A DNA stretch of 64,000 nucleotides from a virus: IMG/VR virus record IMGVR_UViG_3300017739_000006; one strand, written 5' to 3'. This document shows positions 8,413-17,348 of this stretch, piece after piece. Every line of letters starts with the position of its first letter. The first letter of the stretch is position 1. The translations under genes and the position numbers were made by a program. The notes beneath the pieces are model-generated. The model searched no databases, had not been told where the DNA came from, and worked only from the letters and a program-made list of their open reading frames with translations.

Positions 8413-8613
8413 ATGCCTATCAGTAAGAGAGACCTCAATTATTTGAGGGATGTTGTTAACGGAGACATCGCGCTTGATTACGAGAACCCATCTCTATTCA
8501 AACGTTTGTTCAAATATTACGAGTCTGTTGGTGTCCAATTCTTTGGAGATCCAGACGAGGATTACGAACTCTTTGTAGACAATCTTGCTCTAGACATTGG
8601 ACCCACTTTTTAA
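8413..8613 (+). CDS. Conserved cyanophage hypothetical protein
   Basis: SD GAGG upstream of ATG 8413; MPISKRDLNYLRDVVNG... Confidence 0.6.
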   Translation: MPISKRDLNYLRDVVNGDIALDYENPSLFKRLFKYYESVGVQFFGDPDEDYELFVDNLALDIGPTF

Positions 8614-8624
8614 AGTGGCACACC

Positions 8625-8648
8625 GACCCTCGACAAGAGGGTCTTTTT
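8625..8648 (+). terminator. Intrinsic terminator
   Basis: GACCCTC-GACAA-GAGGGTC-TTTTT. Confidence 0.75.
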
Positions 8649-8680
8649 ATGTGTATAGTGATAACAGTTAAACAAATTCT

Positions 8681-8920
8681 ATGGACCTTATCCACGAACG
8701 CTATCCTTACAAGTATGTTACCTGTGGAAAACTAGAGATCAATGGCAAACCAGATTGCAGGATCCTTAAGTTCAATGAGTACACAGAACGTTACCAGACG
8801 ATGTACTACTGTGACAATATGGATCAGATGATGACTGCTATCGAAGACTTCGATTACACCAAGTGGTTGGACCCTGCAGGTGTCCCTTGCTACGAACGTG
8901 ATACAGTTTCGACACAGTAA
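8681..8920 (+). CDS. Conserved cyanophage hypothetical protein
   Basis: 79-aa ORF, ORF track. Confidence 0.6.
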   Translation: MDLIHERYPYKYVTCGKLEINGKPDCRILKFNEYTERYQTMYYCDNMDQMMTAIEDFDYTKWLDPAGVPCYERDTVSTQ

Positions 8921-8942
8921 TCAAGGTATTCTGACTTAGGGG

Positions 8943-8971
8943 TTGACAAAAGTTTACAATCCCTATATAAT
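8943..8971 (+). promoter_or_regulatory. Consensus sigma70 promoter TTGACA-N17-TATAAT for the hli cluster
   Basis: Perfect -35 and -10 with 17-nt spacer. Confidence 0.85.
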
Positions 8972-8996
8972 TGTAACAGTTCTTAATACTTGATCA

Positions 8997-9194
8997 ATGA
9001 CAACTATCACCGAACAAGGCGGAAGACAAAACATTTTCGCTAAAGAACCTGAAATGCAGGTTATGGATGTTTCAGTTACTCATAACGAGATTGCTGAAAA
9101 ACTGAATGGTAGACTAGCAATGCTTGGTTTTACTACAGGTTTGATTTCCTATATCGCAACAGGAAACTTCTTTTTCTTTGGAATCCTTGGTTAG
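8997..9194 (+). CDS. hli: High-light-inducible protein
   Basis: AEKLNGRLAMLGF chlorophyll-binding motif. Confidence 0.9.
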   Translation: MTTITEQGGRQNIFAKEPEMQVMDVSVTHNEIAEKLNGRLAMLGFTTGLISYIATGNFFFFGILG

Positions 9195-9198
9195 TCTA

Positions 9199-9285
9199 AT
9201 GATCAAATCAATTTTTCCTAACATCGCATTCCTCTGTGTACTAGGTTACACAGCAACTAACGGACTACCGTTCGTATTTTCTTAA
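9199..9285 (+). CDS. Small hydrophobic peptide, 28 aa
   Basis: MIKSIFPNIAFLCVLGYTATNGLPFVFS, between hli genes. Confidence 0.45.
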   Translation: MIKSIFPNIAFLCVLGYTATNGLPFVFS

Positions 9286-9306
9286 ACACCCTATCGGAGA
9301 CTCACA

Positions 9307-9414
9307 ATGACACCTGAAGCAGAAAGATTTAATGGATGGGCAGCAATGCTCGGTTTCGTAGCAGCAGTAGGCGCTTACGTTACAACTGGACAAATCATCC
9401 CTGGAATTTTCTAG
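9307..9414 (+). CDS. hli: High-light-inducible protein (35-aa short form)
   Basis: MTPEAERFNGWAAMLGFVAAVGAYVTTGQIIPGIF; below the ORF-track cutoff. Confidence 0.92.
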   Translation: MTPEAERFNGWAAMLGFVAAVGAYVTTGQIIPGIF

Positions 9415-9415
9415 G

Positions 9416-9598
9416 ATGAGAACCAACACACAATTCTCAGTCCCTGAGCAGAGCACACAGACCTCTGCCAAGGCAATCGCCATCGAACCACAAAAGGTTT
9501 GGGCAGAAACTTGGAACGGTAGAATAGCAATGATCGGTTTGGTCGCTGCTGCTTGTTCTGATTTGTTAACTGGGCATATGTTCTTCGGATTATTCTGA
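9416..9598 (+). CDS. hli: High-light-inducible protein
   Basis: AETWNGRIAMIGL motif. Confidence 0.88.
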   Translation: MRTNTQFSVPEQSTQTSAKAIAIEPQKVWAETWNGRIAMIGLVAAACSDLLTGHMFFGLF

Positions 9599-9630
9599 TA
9601 GAATAAATACGTTCAACGAAACGTATAACT

Positions 9631-9783
9631 ATGACACCGAACCCAGACCAGTTATGGGAGGATATGGAAAAACTCAATGCACTCTATCAAGAATTGTGTT
9701 GGGAACCCGACGACCATCTGGAGTTCGGTCTGGATGTAGTCAACTCTGAAAATGTAATCGTTATTAAAAAACGAAATGATTGA
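9631..9783 (+). CDS. Hypothetical protein, 50 aa
   Basis: MTPNPDQLWEDMEKLNALYQELCWEPDD...; TAAATA late motif at 9604-9609. Confidence 0.6.
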   Translation: MTPNPDQLWEDMEKLNALYQELCWEPDDHLEFGLDVVNSENVIVIKKRND

Positions 9784-9988
9784 ACTTCTCACGTATTATG
9801 TTATCGGTGGTGCTCTCATTATTGGACCACCTGCAGTCTTTCTCATCATTGCTATGATGGGTGCTATCCAAAATACGAAAGGTCGTATGGTTGGATACAA
9901 AGACCACAAAACTTATGGCGACATCTCATTTTACGAGAACGCACCAGTTGATCAAACGAAGTTTTATCTAGTTCTATCAAATGATTGA
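9776..9988 (+). CDS. Conserved cyanophage membrane protein
   Basis: N-terminal TM helix; GRMVGYKDHK. Confidence 0.65.
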   Translation: MIELLTYYVIGGALIIGPPAVFLIIAMMGAIQNTKGRMVGYKDHKTYGDISFYENAPVDQTKFYLVLSND

Positions 9989-10535
9989 ATGGATCTGTGC
10001 AACGTGCTCTTTCAATGAATCGAGAGCACTGCAGTACCTACAGCAGCGTCAAGGGATCAGAGATCCTCTGGCGCTTTCTGTTGTTATGGCAAACATCAAA
10101 CAGGAATCAAAGTTTGTTCCTAATGTTTGTGAAGGTGGTGACCTTGTTGACTGGCAAGACTGTCACAAGGGAGGGTATGGTCTAATCCAATGGACATCTG
10201 AGTCACGCTATGCAGGACTTGGAATGTTCTGTGCTAAGTATGGATTGAATCCATCGTCTTTCGAGGGACAGTTGCGTTATATGTCGAACGAATATCAATT
10301 TCAACAGGCACTACTGACGTGGCAAATCCCTGGTCGTACCTACGCTGAATACCATCGTGCAGCATACAGATGGTTAGGTTGGGGAGTAGAAGGACCACGA
10401 AGCACTTATACATATAATTACCTGGATCGACTATCAAAAGTCTCCGCTGATGAAAAAGTTCAATCTTCAAGTTCAAATCAAAGACGAGTGGGTCACTTTG
10501 AGAAACTACTCGGGTTTATCGGAATTAAAGGGTAA
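9981..10535 (+). CDS. Phage tail-type lysozyme-like protein (lysozyme-like fold)
   Basis: VVMANIKQES (catalytic Glu), GYGLIQWT, QLRY pattern. Confidence 0.65.
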   Translation: MIEWICATCSFNESRALQYLQQRQGIRDPLALSVVMANIKQESKFVPNVCEGGDLVDWQDCHKGGYGLIQWTSESRYAGLGMFCAKYGLNPSSFEGQLRYMSNEYQFQQALLTWQIPGRTYAEYHRAAYRWLGWGVEGPRSTYTYNYLDRLSKVSADEKVQSSSSNQRRVGHFEKLLGFIGIKG

Positions 10536-10570
10536 TTTCTATACAAAGGTTTGCGAAATGTCGAAACCTT

Positions 10571-10879
10571 ATGTACCATATTATTGTAACGTTAGGATGG
10601 TTCCCGATGGTAACTAATGACTGGAGATACTCCGATGAAATGATGGAGTACAGAGCAACTCTATTGCAAAGATGTGTTAATTGGAAAGGAGAACTTACCA
10701 ATAAACATTATGATTTTTGTGATTGGGTTATGAGCAGTGGGCAATATAAAAGACTGATGGAAGTTGAGCAAATTGATTCGGAACTGTTTACACACGAATT
10801 ATCATCACTCTATCTGGAATACTATTATGACACCGAAATTACTAGCAAACAAAAAGATCGCCAAACGTCTGATTACTAA
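10571..10879 (+). CDS. Hypothetical protein
   Basis: ORF track; start uncertain. Confidence 0.5.
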   Translation: MYHIIVTLGWFPMVTNDWRYSDEMMEYRATLLQRCVNWKGELTNKHYDFCDWVMSSGQYKRLMEVEQIDSELFTHELSSLYLEYYYDTEITSKQKDRQTSDY

Positions 10880-11000
10880 TGCGATGAAGCACCCTGAGAA
10901 CTATACTCAGGAAGAGATCAACTATGCTTTCGCAACTCTCCGTCATATCAAAGCGGAGAAGGCACAAAAAGAACTGGCACAAGGGGTTGACAAATCTTGA
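10827..11000 (+). CDS. Hypothetical protein
   Basis: MTPKLLANKKIAKRLI...; trimmed from ORF 10764. Confidence 0.5.
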   Translation: MTPKLLANKKIAKRLITNAMKHPENYTQEEINYAFATLRHIKAEKAQKELAQGVDKS

Positions 11001-11016
11001 ACATTCAATGTATTAT
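10987..11016 (+). promoter_or_regulatory. Sigma70-like psbA promoter TTGACA-N18-TATTAT
   Basis: Consensus -35; same GGGGTTGACAAA context as the hli promoter. Confidence 0.65.
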
Positions 11017-11063
11017 ACATAGTGTTGAATGTTACGGAATGTAAACAATTCCTCAACTATTAC

Positions 11064-11165
11064 TGCTCCCCTTAAACCGAGACCTCTAGGGAGAATAAAT
11101 TACGTCTCTCATACCTGCTGCTGAGGGTGCATCAGGAATATCTATCAGTGTTTCCCTGCACTATT
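11064..11165 (+). ncRNA. PhotoRC-II-like structured psbA leader RNA
   Basis: Pairings CTCCC/GGGAG, GAGAC/GTCTC, CCTG/CAGG, AGTG/CACT with a TTCCCT loop complementary to AGGG; position matches the known cyanophage psbA leader motif. Confidence 0.65.
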
Positions 11166-11182
11166 ACCTAACCCTTTTTTCA

Positions 11183-12277
11183 ATGTCTATTTCAAGTCCA
11201 ACTATTACACGCCAGCGTGGTGGTCTCCTCTCAGGATGGGACGAACTATGTAACTGGGTCACAAGCGTTGACAACCGCATCTATGTCGGTTGGTTCGGTG
11301 TCTTGATGATTCCTTGCTTACTTGCCGCTGCTACTTGTTTTGTAATCGCGTTCATCGCTGCTCCACCTGTGGACATCGATGGCATCAGAGAACCTGTTGC
11401 AGGATCTCTTATGTATGGTAACAACATCATTTCTGGTGCTGTTGTCCCTTCTTCAAACGCAATCGGTCTACACTTCTACCCAATCTGGGAAGCAGCATCA
11501 CTCGATGAGTGGTTGTATAACGGTGGTCCTTTCCAACTCGTTGTATTCCACTTCCTAATCGGAATCACAGCATACTGTGGTCGTCAGTGGGAACTTTCAT
11601 ACCGTTTAGGTATGCGTCCTTGGATCTGTGTCGCTTATTCAGCACCAGTATCTGCAGCATTCGCTGTGTTCTTGGTGTATCCTTTCGGACAAGGTTCATT
11701 CTCAGATGCGATGCCTCTTGGTATCTCAGGTACTTTTAACTATATGTTCGTGTTCCAAGCAGAGCACAACATTCTTATGCACCCCTTCCATATGATGGGA
11801 GTAGCAGGTGTGTTTGGTGGTTCTTTATTCAGTGCAATGCACGGTTCACTAGTCACTTCATCTCTAATCAGAGAGACTACTGAGCAAGAATCTCAGAACT
11901 ACGGTTACAAGTTCGGTCAAGAAGAAGAGACTTACAACATCGTTGCCGCTCACGGTTACTTTGGTCGTTTGATCTTCCAATATGCTTCATTCAACAACTC
12001 ACGTTCACTTCACTTCTTCCTTGCTGCATTCCCTGTGGTCTGCATCTGGGCAACTGCAATGGGTGTGAGCACAATGGCATTCAACTTGAACGGATTCAAC
12101 TTCAACCAGTCGGTTGTTGATGCATCTGGTAAAGTGATCCCAACTTGGGCAGATGTTCTTAACAGAGCAGGTCTTGGTATGGAAGTTATGCACGAGCGTA
12201 ACGCTCACAACTTCCCACTAGATCTTGCTGCTGCTGATTCAACTCCTGTTGCTTTGATTGCACCTTCTATTGGTTGA
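11183..12277 (+). CDS. psbA: Photosystem II reaction centre protein D1
   Basis: [32 protein letters not shown]; uninterrupted. Confidence 0.99.
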   Translation: MSISSPTITRQRGGLLSGWDELCNWVTSVDNRIYVGWFGVLMIPCLLAAATCFVIAFIAAPPVDIDGIREPVAGSLMYGNNIISGAVVPSSNAIGLHFYPIWEAASLDEWLYNGGPFQLVVFHFLIGITAYCGRQWELSYRLGMRPWICVAYSAPVSAAFAVFLVYPFGQGSFSDAMPLGISGTFNYMFVFQAEHNILMHPFHMMGVAGVFGGSLFSAMHGSLVTSSLIRETTEQESQNYGYKFGQEEETYNIVAAHGYFGRLIFQYASFNNSRSLHFFLAAFPVVCIWATAMGVSTMAFNLNGFNFNQSVVDASGKVIPTWADVLNRAGLGMEVMHERNAHNFPLDLAAADSTPVALIAPSIG

Positions 12278-12301
12278 TACTATCAATTTAATATGATATT
12301 C

Positions 12302-12326
12302 AAGACCCCGAAAGGGGTCTTTTTTT
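12302..12326 (+). terminator. psbA intrinsic terminator
   Basis: AAGACCCC-GAAA-GGGGTCTT-TTTTT. Confidence 0.9.
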
Positions 12327-12344
12327 ATGGCATATAGATACTGT

Positions 12345-12590
12345 ATGATCAAAAAAATTTGGGATGTCTGGAAGTATTCACTTGGGAGTTTCTCCGACGA
12401 CAAAACAGAACGATATGATAACCACATTGTTCTTGTACGGACCATTCTATTTCTCAGTTATCTTATCACTAACTGTTTTATTATCAGCGGAGTCATTCGA
12501 CATTGGAATCCACCCGAAGAAACTGCTACTAAATACCTAAAACGAGTACCTAACACAGACGTTGACTATACAAAACGACCATTGGTTTAG
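12345..12590 (+). CDS. Conserved cyanophage membrane hypothetical protein
   Basis: WKYSLGSFSDDKT...TNCFIISGVIRHWN. Confidence 0.65.
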   Translation: MIKKIWDVWKYSLGSFSDDKTERYDNHIVLVRTILFLSYLITNCFIISGVIRHWNPPEETATKYLKRVPNTDVDYTKRPLV

Positions 12591-15500
12591 TAGAAATTGT
12601 GATCCTGAGGACTCTGGCGAACAGCAAGAAGCAGTCCAGTCTGGAGGGGGTGGTACTGGTGCGCCTGGGGGTGGTGCTTCTCCTAATACATTAGTGGGTG
12701 TTGTAGAACAACTTCTAGGTCAATGTTATGGTGACAGTGGTACTCTTCTACAAAAGAATTTTCCTACAGATCCTGAGTTACCGTTACCACCTCCTGTTCA
12801 CATTCCGTGGGACCCTCTGTTATCACAGATTGTTGGTCTTGGACTGGGAGCACCTTTGACTCCTGATATATTATTTGTTCCTCCTACTGCAGATGATGAA
12901 GATAGTGGTAAGGTTTGTACCTCTCCACCAGGGACAACTAATGCATCTCCAATTACTGTAGAATGCGACAACGATAAGAACTTAGAACTTCAAGATTGTA
13001 TTCAGAATCATCTTGATTGTTTCTTCAGACCCTTTGTTGGTGGTGCGTGGAAACCACCTCAGGCAGACTGTGATTCATTCGTTCCTAAAGCAACGTATGG
13101 TACAACCAATATGGTTTGTATCAGAAATTGTGTTACCGAAAGAGCACCTGTATTTGAAATGAGAAAAGGTATGGGTACTCCAGGGACTGCTATCTTCAAT
13201 GGTGCCAACACTGTAACTGTTACTGGTAATACTTCTCAAACAATATCTTTTCATTTTGAGTGGGATGATAACCCTAGAACAGCAGGCACTGCTGTAGATA
13301 GTATTACTGTTAGTGGCACTACCTTTACTAGAGTTGGGGAGAAAGGAAAGCAGACAATAGCAATCACACTCGCACCTGGGGACCATAGTATTTCTTACTC
13401 AGGTCTATCTGGTTCTGGATATTCTGTTGACAATGATAAGAACTATGGTGACAACAAGTCGATTGCATTCAAAGACAATGATGGTAATGATGCCAACGCA
13501 AGGTTTTCTATCTTAGGTAATAATAATATTGGCAGAGATCATAGGTACAGTCTTTCAGACACACCTGATGCAGGTTATCAGCAGGTAGGTGTATCATTTT
13601 ATGGCAACATAGTTCCATCAAGTACAGGACGTAGTATTTCAGTACATAGAACCTTCTCAGCATCTAGACAAGACACTCAGTTAGTATCTGATGTTGCAGG
13701 TGAGAGTAGTGACCTAGATGAAGGTGGTTACCAACCACGTGATGAGATTCTTTTCTATGGATATAGAGAGGCAGAAGATATGATCTCAGAACTGATGGAG
13801 GGTGAGAAACCTGCACCTCTACATCGGTACTATAGTTTTGAGGGTAATGATCATAAGTATTCAATTGAATCACTTGGTAATGTAGCGAGCGCACCAAATC
13901 TCAAGAATAATATATTCAGGTTTGAAACCCCCGCTGAGTCTGCACTTAAGATTCAACTTAACATACGACGTGGTGGTGCTTCCTATGAGAATACATTTGG
14001 ATGGTATGTAACTAACGCAGACAATGAACCTATCTTTGGTCGTGTTCTAGTAGACAATGCTACTGATGCATCTGGTACTTTCCATAGAAAGATTCCTAGA
14101 GACGAGATCAATTCTTATATGCCTTGTAATCTTGGGTTCTTTATAATTTCTGATGGTAATAATGGTGGTGCATTTGATGGTCAAGACATTACATTCTCAC
14201 CACATAATAATTCGCACGGTCCTGGATGGACTACTAATGAGAACAGTCATCCTAAACAAAACGGATATGTATTTTTCTCAGACAGGAGATTGAATCCAGA
14301 TAAAAGGGATCAGACTAAGTGGCCAGATAATGTTTGGCAATATTGGGAAGACTTGTTCGATGGTGATGAGGACTATAATGATGTTCGTATATCATATAGA
14401 GTAGGGTATGGTGAAAGTGAATACTACTACGAAGGTATTGAATGTTATGTGTTCTCTGAACCTGCTCAACCAGTTATGGCAAACATCAACGTACAAGATG
14501 ACTGTGAGAAGAAAGCATTTAGGAAGGGGTCATTTGGTGATGTGATGTTGGTCCGTACAGAATGTGGTTCCTATCACGAACATCCTAAGACAGGTGCTGA
14601 CACGTGGGAGTGTGGTAAATGTAAAGGTGACTATGCAAATAGTATTAACAGAGTACAGAAAGTTAAGATTGCAAAATCTACAACACTAACGATCAGATCA
14701 CACGGTGGTATGACTGCAGGTTATGGTGACTGCACTAAGTTTACTTGGTTACTTAAATTGAATGGTGATGTAATCTATCAAGAGAAATCACTAGTATCTG
14801 AATGGAAAACGATCGGTGCTGTCTTACATACTTTTGATGTACAGAAGGGAGACAACTTAGTATTTAAAATTAAATCAATCGACACAGGACACTACAACGG
14901 AAAAGCATCTCCTGCATTCGCAATCAGAGATGAATCGGAAGGTACATACGTCAATACTTGGACTGTCAATTTACTTACACAGTCACACAGTTATGGAACT
15001 GACAGTAAAGATCAAGCAGAGGGACAACCACAATCAGGTCCTGAGATTACAGAACCGTGTGGTCTACCTACTAGTGGTCAGTTATTTGTTTGGAATAATC
15101 ACTTGGATGATGACCCAGATAAGGAAGATTATACAACTGTAATAACAAATAAGGTAGTGGATCAAGCAGCAAACGTTTATTTGGATCATCCTGATAGAGC
15201 ATCACAGAGATGTAGGATCATTAATGGTAAAGATATTGCACTTAGATACGAAGATGGTGATGTAGGTTACGTTGATGTCGTCGCAAAGAACGGATTCTCA
15301 GTGAGACTCAAGTATCTTATTGAAGATAAAGACAGTTATTATGTCAGATGGTACCTTGATAGTGTTGAAGACTGGGGTAGTGGTGGTTTTAAAGTTAATG
15401 ATGAGTTTGATTTACTCATTGATGATCAGGATGAGTATTTCAATACAGATGAAAATGGATTTGATGGTATTACTTGGTCTGGTCCTGAGTATTATAAGAT

Positions 15501-16212
15501 AGGATTCAAAGTGACTGGTGTTAACTCTGATCAGTGTCCCGACCCTAATGAAAATCAAGGTAGGATTCAAGACATTGCTCTTGGTGCATATGGTGACATA
15601 ACAACTCCTAGACAACCAGATGCGATTGTGGTAAACAATCAGAGCACTACAGGTAATGAGTATGCAGTTAATATGAATGAGGTCTTCCAGAGTTTCTTCT
15701 TGTATGAGAGTGGAACTGCAACATCATTCCATCAGTATTGGTTGGAACAAACCGCTGCAGGTAATGACGTAGTGTTTGCAACAGATTACTCTGATCAGAA
15801 AGGACTACGTTTCAGACTAAGGATAAGAGTTACACGTCAGGACAACTATGAGTCTGGTGATGCGTATAAGTTTGATAGATATGGATGGTTTGGTATGGTA
15901 AGAATCTCACAAGTATTCTCTTACGGTAAGAGATATGATGCAGATGATGTGCTTAATATTCAGTGGCCGCCTAAGCAATTGCAGGTTACTGATGGTGATG
16001 AACCAATGTCTCCTTACTTCCCTAGTCAAAAGAACCTACCTAAGAAAGTTCTTGTACGGGATGCTACCACCGCTAGATACAAACGTAATGCTAGAATGGC
16101 AATCTACCAATCAATGCACGACAAAACGAGCACGGTATGGTATAGTAATAGGACTGCTTATCAACCTACACAGGTGAGGCAGTTCAACATAATCATTAAA
16201 GATACCGACTAA
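12562..16212 (+). CDS. Large putative virion structural protein with a DUF4114-like domain
   Basis: 1216 aa, TTG start, TAAATA at 12530-12535; YENTFGWY...FFIISDG...WEDLFDGDEDYNDV. Confidence 0.65.
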   Translation: MTIQNDHWFSRNCDPEDSGEQQEAVQSGGGGTGAPGGGASPNTLVGVVEQLLGQCYGDSGTLLQKNFPTDPELPLPPPVHIPWDPLLSQIVGLGLGAPLTPDILFVPPTADDEDSGKVCTSPPGTTNASPITVECDNDKNLELQDCIQNHLDCFFRPFVGGAWKPPQADCDSFVPKATYGTTNMVCIRNCVTERAPVFEMRKGMGTPGTAIFNGANTVTVTGNTSQTISFHFEWDDNPRTAGTAVDSITVSGTTFTRVGEKGKQTIAITLAPGDHSISYSGLSGSGYSVDNDKNYGDNKSIAFKDNDGNDANARFSILGNNNIGRDHRYSLSDTPDAGYQQVGVSFYGNIVPSSTGRSISVHRTFSASRQDTQLVSDVAGESSDLDEGGYQPRDEILFYGYREAEDMISELMEGEKPAPLHRYYSFEGNDHKYSIESLGNVASAPNLKNNIFRFETPAESALKIQLNIRRGGASYENTFGWYVTNADNEPIFGRVLVDNATDASGTFHRKIPRDEINSYMPCNLGFFIISDGNNGGAFDGQDITFSPHNNSHGPGWTTNENSHPKQNGYVFFSDRRLNPDKRDQTKWPDNVWQYWEDLFDGDEDYNDVRISYRVGYGESEYYYEGIECYVFSEPAQPVMANINVQDDCEKKAFRKGSFGDVMLVRTECGSYHEHPKTGADTWECGKCKGDYANSINRVQKVKIAKSTTLTIRSHGGMTAGYGDCTKFTWLLKLNGDVIYQEKSLVSEWKTIGAVLHTFDVQKGDNLVFKIKSIDTGHYNGKASPAFAIRDESEGTYVNTWTVNLLTQSHSYGTDSKDQAEGQPQSGPEITEPCGLPTSGQLFVWNNHLDDDPDKEDYTTVITNKVVDQAANVYLDHPDRASQRCRIINGKDIALRYEDGDVGYVDVVAKNGFSVRLKYLIEDKDSYYVRWYLDSVEDWGSGGFKVNDEFDLLIDDQDEYFNTDENGFDGITWSGPEYYKIGFKVTGVNSDQCPDPNENQGRIQDIALGAYGDITTPRQPDAIVVNNQSTTGNEYAVNMNEVFQSFFLYESGTATSFHQYWLEQTAAGNDVVFATDYSDQKGLRFRLRIRVTRQDNYESGDAYKFDRYGWFGMVRISQVFSYGKRYDADDVLNIQWPPKQLQVTDGDEPMSPYFPSQKNLPKKVLVRDATTARYKRNARMAIYQSMHDKTSTVWYSNRTAYQPTQVRQFNIIIKDTD

Positions 16213-16481
16213 TGGATTACTGGGATAGACGCTTTATGAAATCTAAGATGGAGTTGGATGCTATTAAAGGAGCACTCAAGTCTGGAGATCAAGCGAAAGC
16301 GAAACAGAAACTTAAAAAGATTAGAAAGTTTTTTAGATCACCCTTGGGAGAGGTTGCAAGATTGGACCAAACCCTATATAATGTTACGAAACCGACACAG
16401 GAGGACACGATTGATGCCATCAACGAAGGATCAAAAGATTCGGGGGATGACACTGCTGATAGAGAGTCTGCACAAACCTGA
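16212..16481 (+). CDS. Hypothetical protein
   Basis: TAATG coupling to the upstream gene. Confidence 0.55.
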   Translation: MDYWDRRFMKSKMELDAIKGALKSGDQAKAKQKLKKIRKFFRSPLGEVARLDQTLYNVTKPTQEDTIDAINEGSKDSGDDTADRESAQT

Positions 16482-16599
16482 CTCTAAACTCAGAGCGTGT
16501 GCACACAACCAAGAATGTTACGATGAACTCTTAAATTATCGTGACGAATTAGTAGAGTATTGCCATACAAAATTGGGAGAAATCAATGCTCAATCTTGA
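16414..16599 (+). CDS. Conserved cyanophage hypothetical protein
   Basis: SD AGGAGG upstream; MPSTKDQKIRG...LRACAHNQECY. Confidence 0.6.
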   Translation: MPSTKDQKIRGMTLLIESLHKPDSKLRACAHNQECYDELLNYRDELVEYCHTKLGEINAQS

Positions 16600-16795
16600 T
16601 CAATATTACCATTCTTATTTGGAGAATAAACAGAAAAAGTTCTGTATTGATGGGGTTTATGAGTCCGTAGTCTCCTATGGTTACCATTGTGATGGTAGCG
16701 ACATAACTGGACACTATGTCTTGACAGATAACTACCGTTTAGTGTATGATCGTTCTGGGTTATTTCAATACAAGGAAAAGTGGTCGAGTGGTTGA
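16586..16795 (+). CDS. Hypothetical protein whose stop lies inside tRNA-Ser
   Basis: 69-aa ORF. Confidence 0.55.
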   Translation: MLNLDQYYHSYLENKQKKFCIDGVYESVVSYGYHCDGSDITGHYVLTDNYRLVYDRSGLFQYKEKWSSG

Positions 16796-16858
16796 TGGCA
16801 TTGGTCTTGAAAACCAACGATGTGAAGGCATCCGTGGGTTCGAATCCCACCTTTTCCG
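16774..16858 (+). tRNA. trnS-UGA: tRNA-Ser(TGA)
   Basis: Acceptor GGAAAAG/CTTTTCC, anticodon arm TTGGT-CTTGAAA-ACCAA, long variable arm, T arm GTGGG-TTCGAAT-CCCAC. Confidence 0.95.
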
Positions 16859-16881
16859 TTACACAATTAAACAATGTTGTG

Positions 16882-16889
16882 TATAAATA
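16882..16889 (+). promoter_or_regulatory. T4-type late promoter TATAAATA
   Basis: Exact consensus upstream of ORF 16956. Confidence 0.75.
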
Positions 16890-16955
16890 ATCATTCGTGC
16901 CCGAATCGTATCGCATCACGAATCGTTCACACTATTAATTAAGGAGTTTTTTTAA

Positions 16956-17324
16956 ATGATCAAATCTGCATTCGCTGCTCTTGCCGCTGCAACTGCTATT
17001 GCTGCCCCATCTGCGGTCCTTGCAGGACCCTACGTCAACGTGGAAACAAACGCTGGATGGACTGGTTCTAATTACACATCTGCAACCACAGATCTTCACG
17101 TGGGGTACGAGGGTGCCACAGGAAGCGCTTCATATTACGTTCAAGCGGGTCCATCTGTAATCGCTGTTGACGGTGCTGAGAGCAGCACTGAGTTCTCAGG
17201 TAAGGCAGGTCTTGGACTGTCTGTTTCAGAAGCAGTTGGAGTATATGGTGAAATCTCATTCCTAACAGATGAGGTTGCTGACACTGGTTATGGTGGTAAA
17301 TTAGGAGTTAAGTACGCTTTCTAA
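16956..17324 (+). CDS. Outer-membrane beta-barrel-like protein with signal peptide
   Basis: Ala-rich signal peptide, alternating beta-strand pattern, C-terminal GVKYAF beta-signal. Confidence 0.65.
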   Translation: MIKSAFAALAAATAIAAPSAVLAGPYVNVETNAGWTGSNYTSATTDLHVGYEGATGSASYYVQAGPSVIAVDGAESSTEFSGKAGLGLSVSEAVGVYGEISFLTDEVADTGYGGKLGVKYAF

Positions 17325-17348
17325 GTTTTTCATACCATAATAGATACT

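Noticed and set aside
9604-9626. ATACGTT/AACGTAT hairpin after TAAATA as an ncRNA
   Set aside because: Only a 7-bp AT-rich stem; not enough evidence of function.
11183-12600. Absence of psbD next to psbA
   Set aside because: Many cyanophages carry psbA only, or psbD elsewhere; this cannot be judged from a partial genome.
8297-16858. tRNA-Arg(TCT) and tRNA-Ser(TGA) as unusual
   Set aside because: tRNAs for AT-rich codons are an established trait of cyanomyoviruses, and both fold normally.
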